Source of the DNA: Oleiphilaceae bacterium | GTDB lineage: Bacteria; Pseudomonadota; Gammaproteobacteria; Pseudomonadales; Oleiphilaceae | DNA: 64,000 bases | Direction: 5' to 3' | Assembly: GCA_047628385.1 (NCBI GenBank) | Contig: JBLHVH010000001.1 | Location: 8,191-72,190, forward strand | Shown: piece after piece, positions 63,857 to 64,000 of the stretch | How the letters are laid out: each line of letters opens with the position of its first letter | Position numbering within the stretch: the first letter of the stretch is position 1 | Notes under the pieces: model-generated | Databases searched by the model: none | Seen by the model: the letters and a program-made list of their open reading frames with translations, nothing else | What the model was told of the DNA's origin: nothing | Translations under genes and position numbers: made by a program

Positions 63857-64000
63857 TTAACATACGTTCATTACCCCCACTTTTCCCCCACTTTGGTTCA
63901 CGAAGGCATCTAATTTAGTCGTCTCACTCGCCTTATCTGACTGTTCAATCCATGCAGAATAACGCGTCAAAGTCATCTGCGTATTCGAGTGCCCCATTTG
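63857..64000 (-). CDS. Tyrosine recombinase (phage-type integrase), C-terminal 47 codons only; the rest lies beyond the window end
   Basis: My translation of the minus strand gives QMGHSNTQMTLTRYSAWIEQSDKASETTKLDAFVNQSGGKVGVMNVC*. GHS...T..RY is the C-terminal His/Tyr catalytic signature of tyrosine recombinases. The gene is adjacent to ssrA, a classic island integration site. Confidence 0.6.
   Translation of the reverse strand, partial: QMGHSNTQMTLTRYSAWIEQSDKASETTKLDAFVNQSGGKVGVMNVC

Overview
Visibly AT-rich gammaproteobacterial chromosome, almost entirely core housekeeping genes, densely packed and mostly on the minus strand. From memory, the gene order from pnp to ssrA matches the Pseudomonas-type arrangement: pnp-rpsO-truB-rbfA-infB-nusA-rimP, tRNA-Leu-secG-tpiA-glmM-folP-ftsH-rlmE, yhbY, greA, carBA, dapB, dnaJ-dnaK-grpE, recN, fur, bamE, rnfH-ratA, smpB-ssrA. 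Upstream of that block are a partial RND/MMPL-like transporter with BNR and DUF1329 partners, then pepN, DUF2797, yeaC-like, rhomboid, a PPP phosphatase and nadK. These are followed by a PLP enzyme coupled to a coiled-coil protein, a Val-Asp-Val-Asp tRNA operon, two envelope hypotheticals and purEK. Next come sodB, an isolated gspN-gspC-gspD trio, groESL, fxsA, an ATL protein, a GGDEF-EAL protein and a YiiD-type thioesterase. I found no CRISPR array, no recognisable defence or toxin cassette other than the usual ratA/rnfH pair, and no intact mobile element. I cannot point to a convincing novel multi-gene system. The leads most worth following are: (1) a near-perfect Fur box over a near-consensus plus-strand promoter with no downstream ORF, which suggests an iron-regulated sRNA; (2) the DUF1329-BNR-RND module of unknown function; (3) a tyrosine integrase 3' end right after ssrA, so a genomic island probably starts at the window edge; (4) a TPR/GT41-like glycosyltransferase between carA and dapB; (5) several hypothetical gene pairs; (6) terminator-containing leaders ahead of rimP-nusA-infB and carAB.
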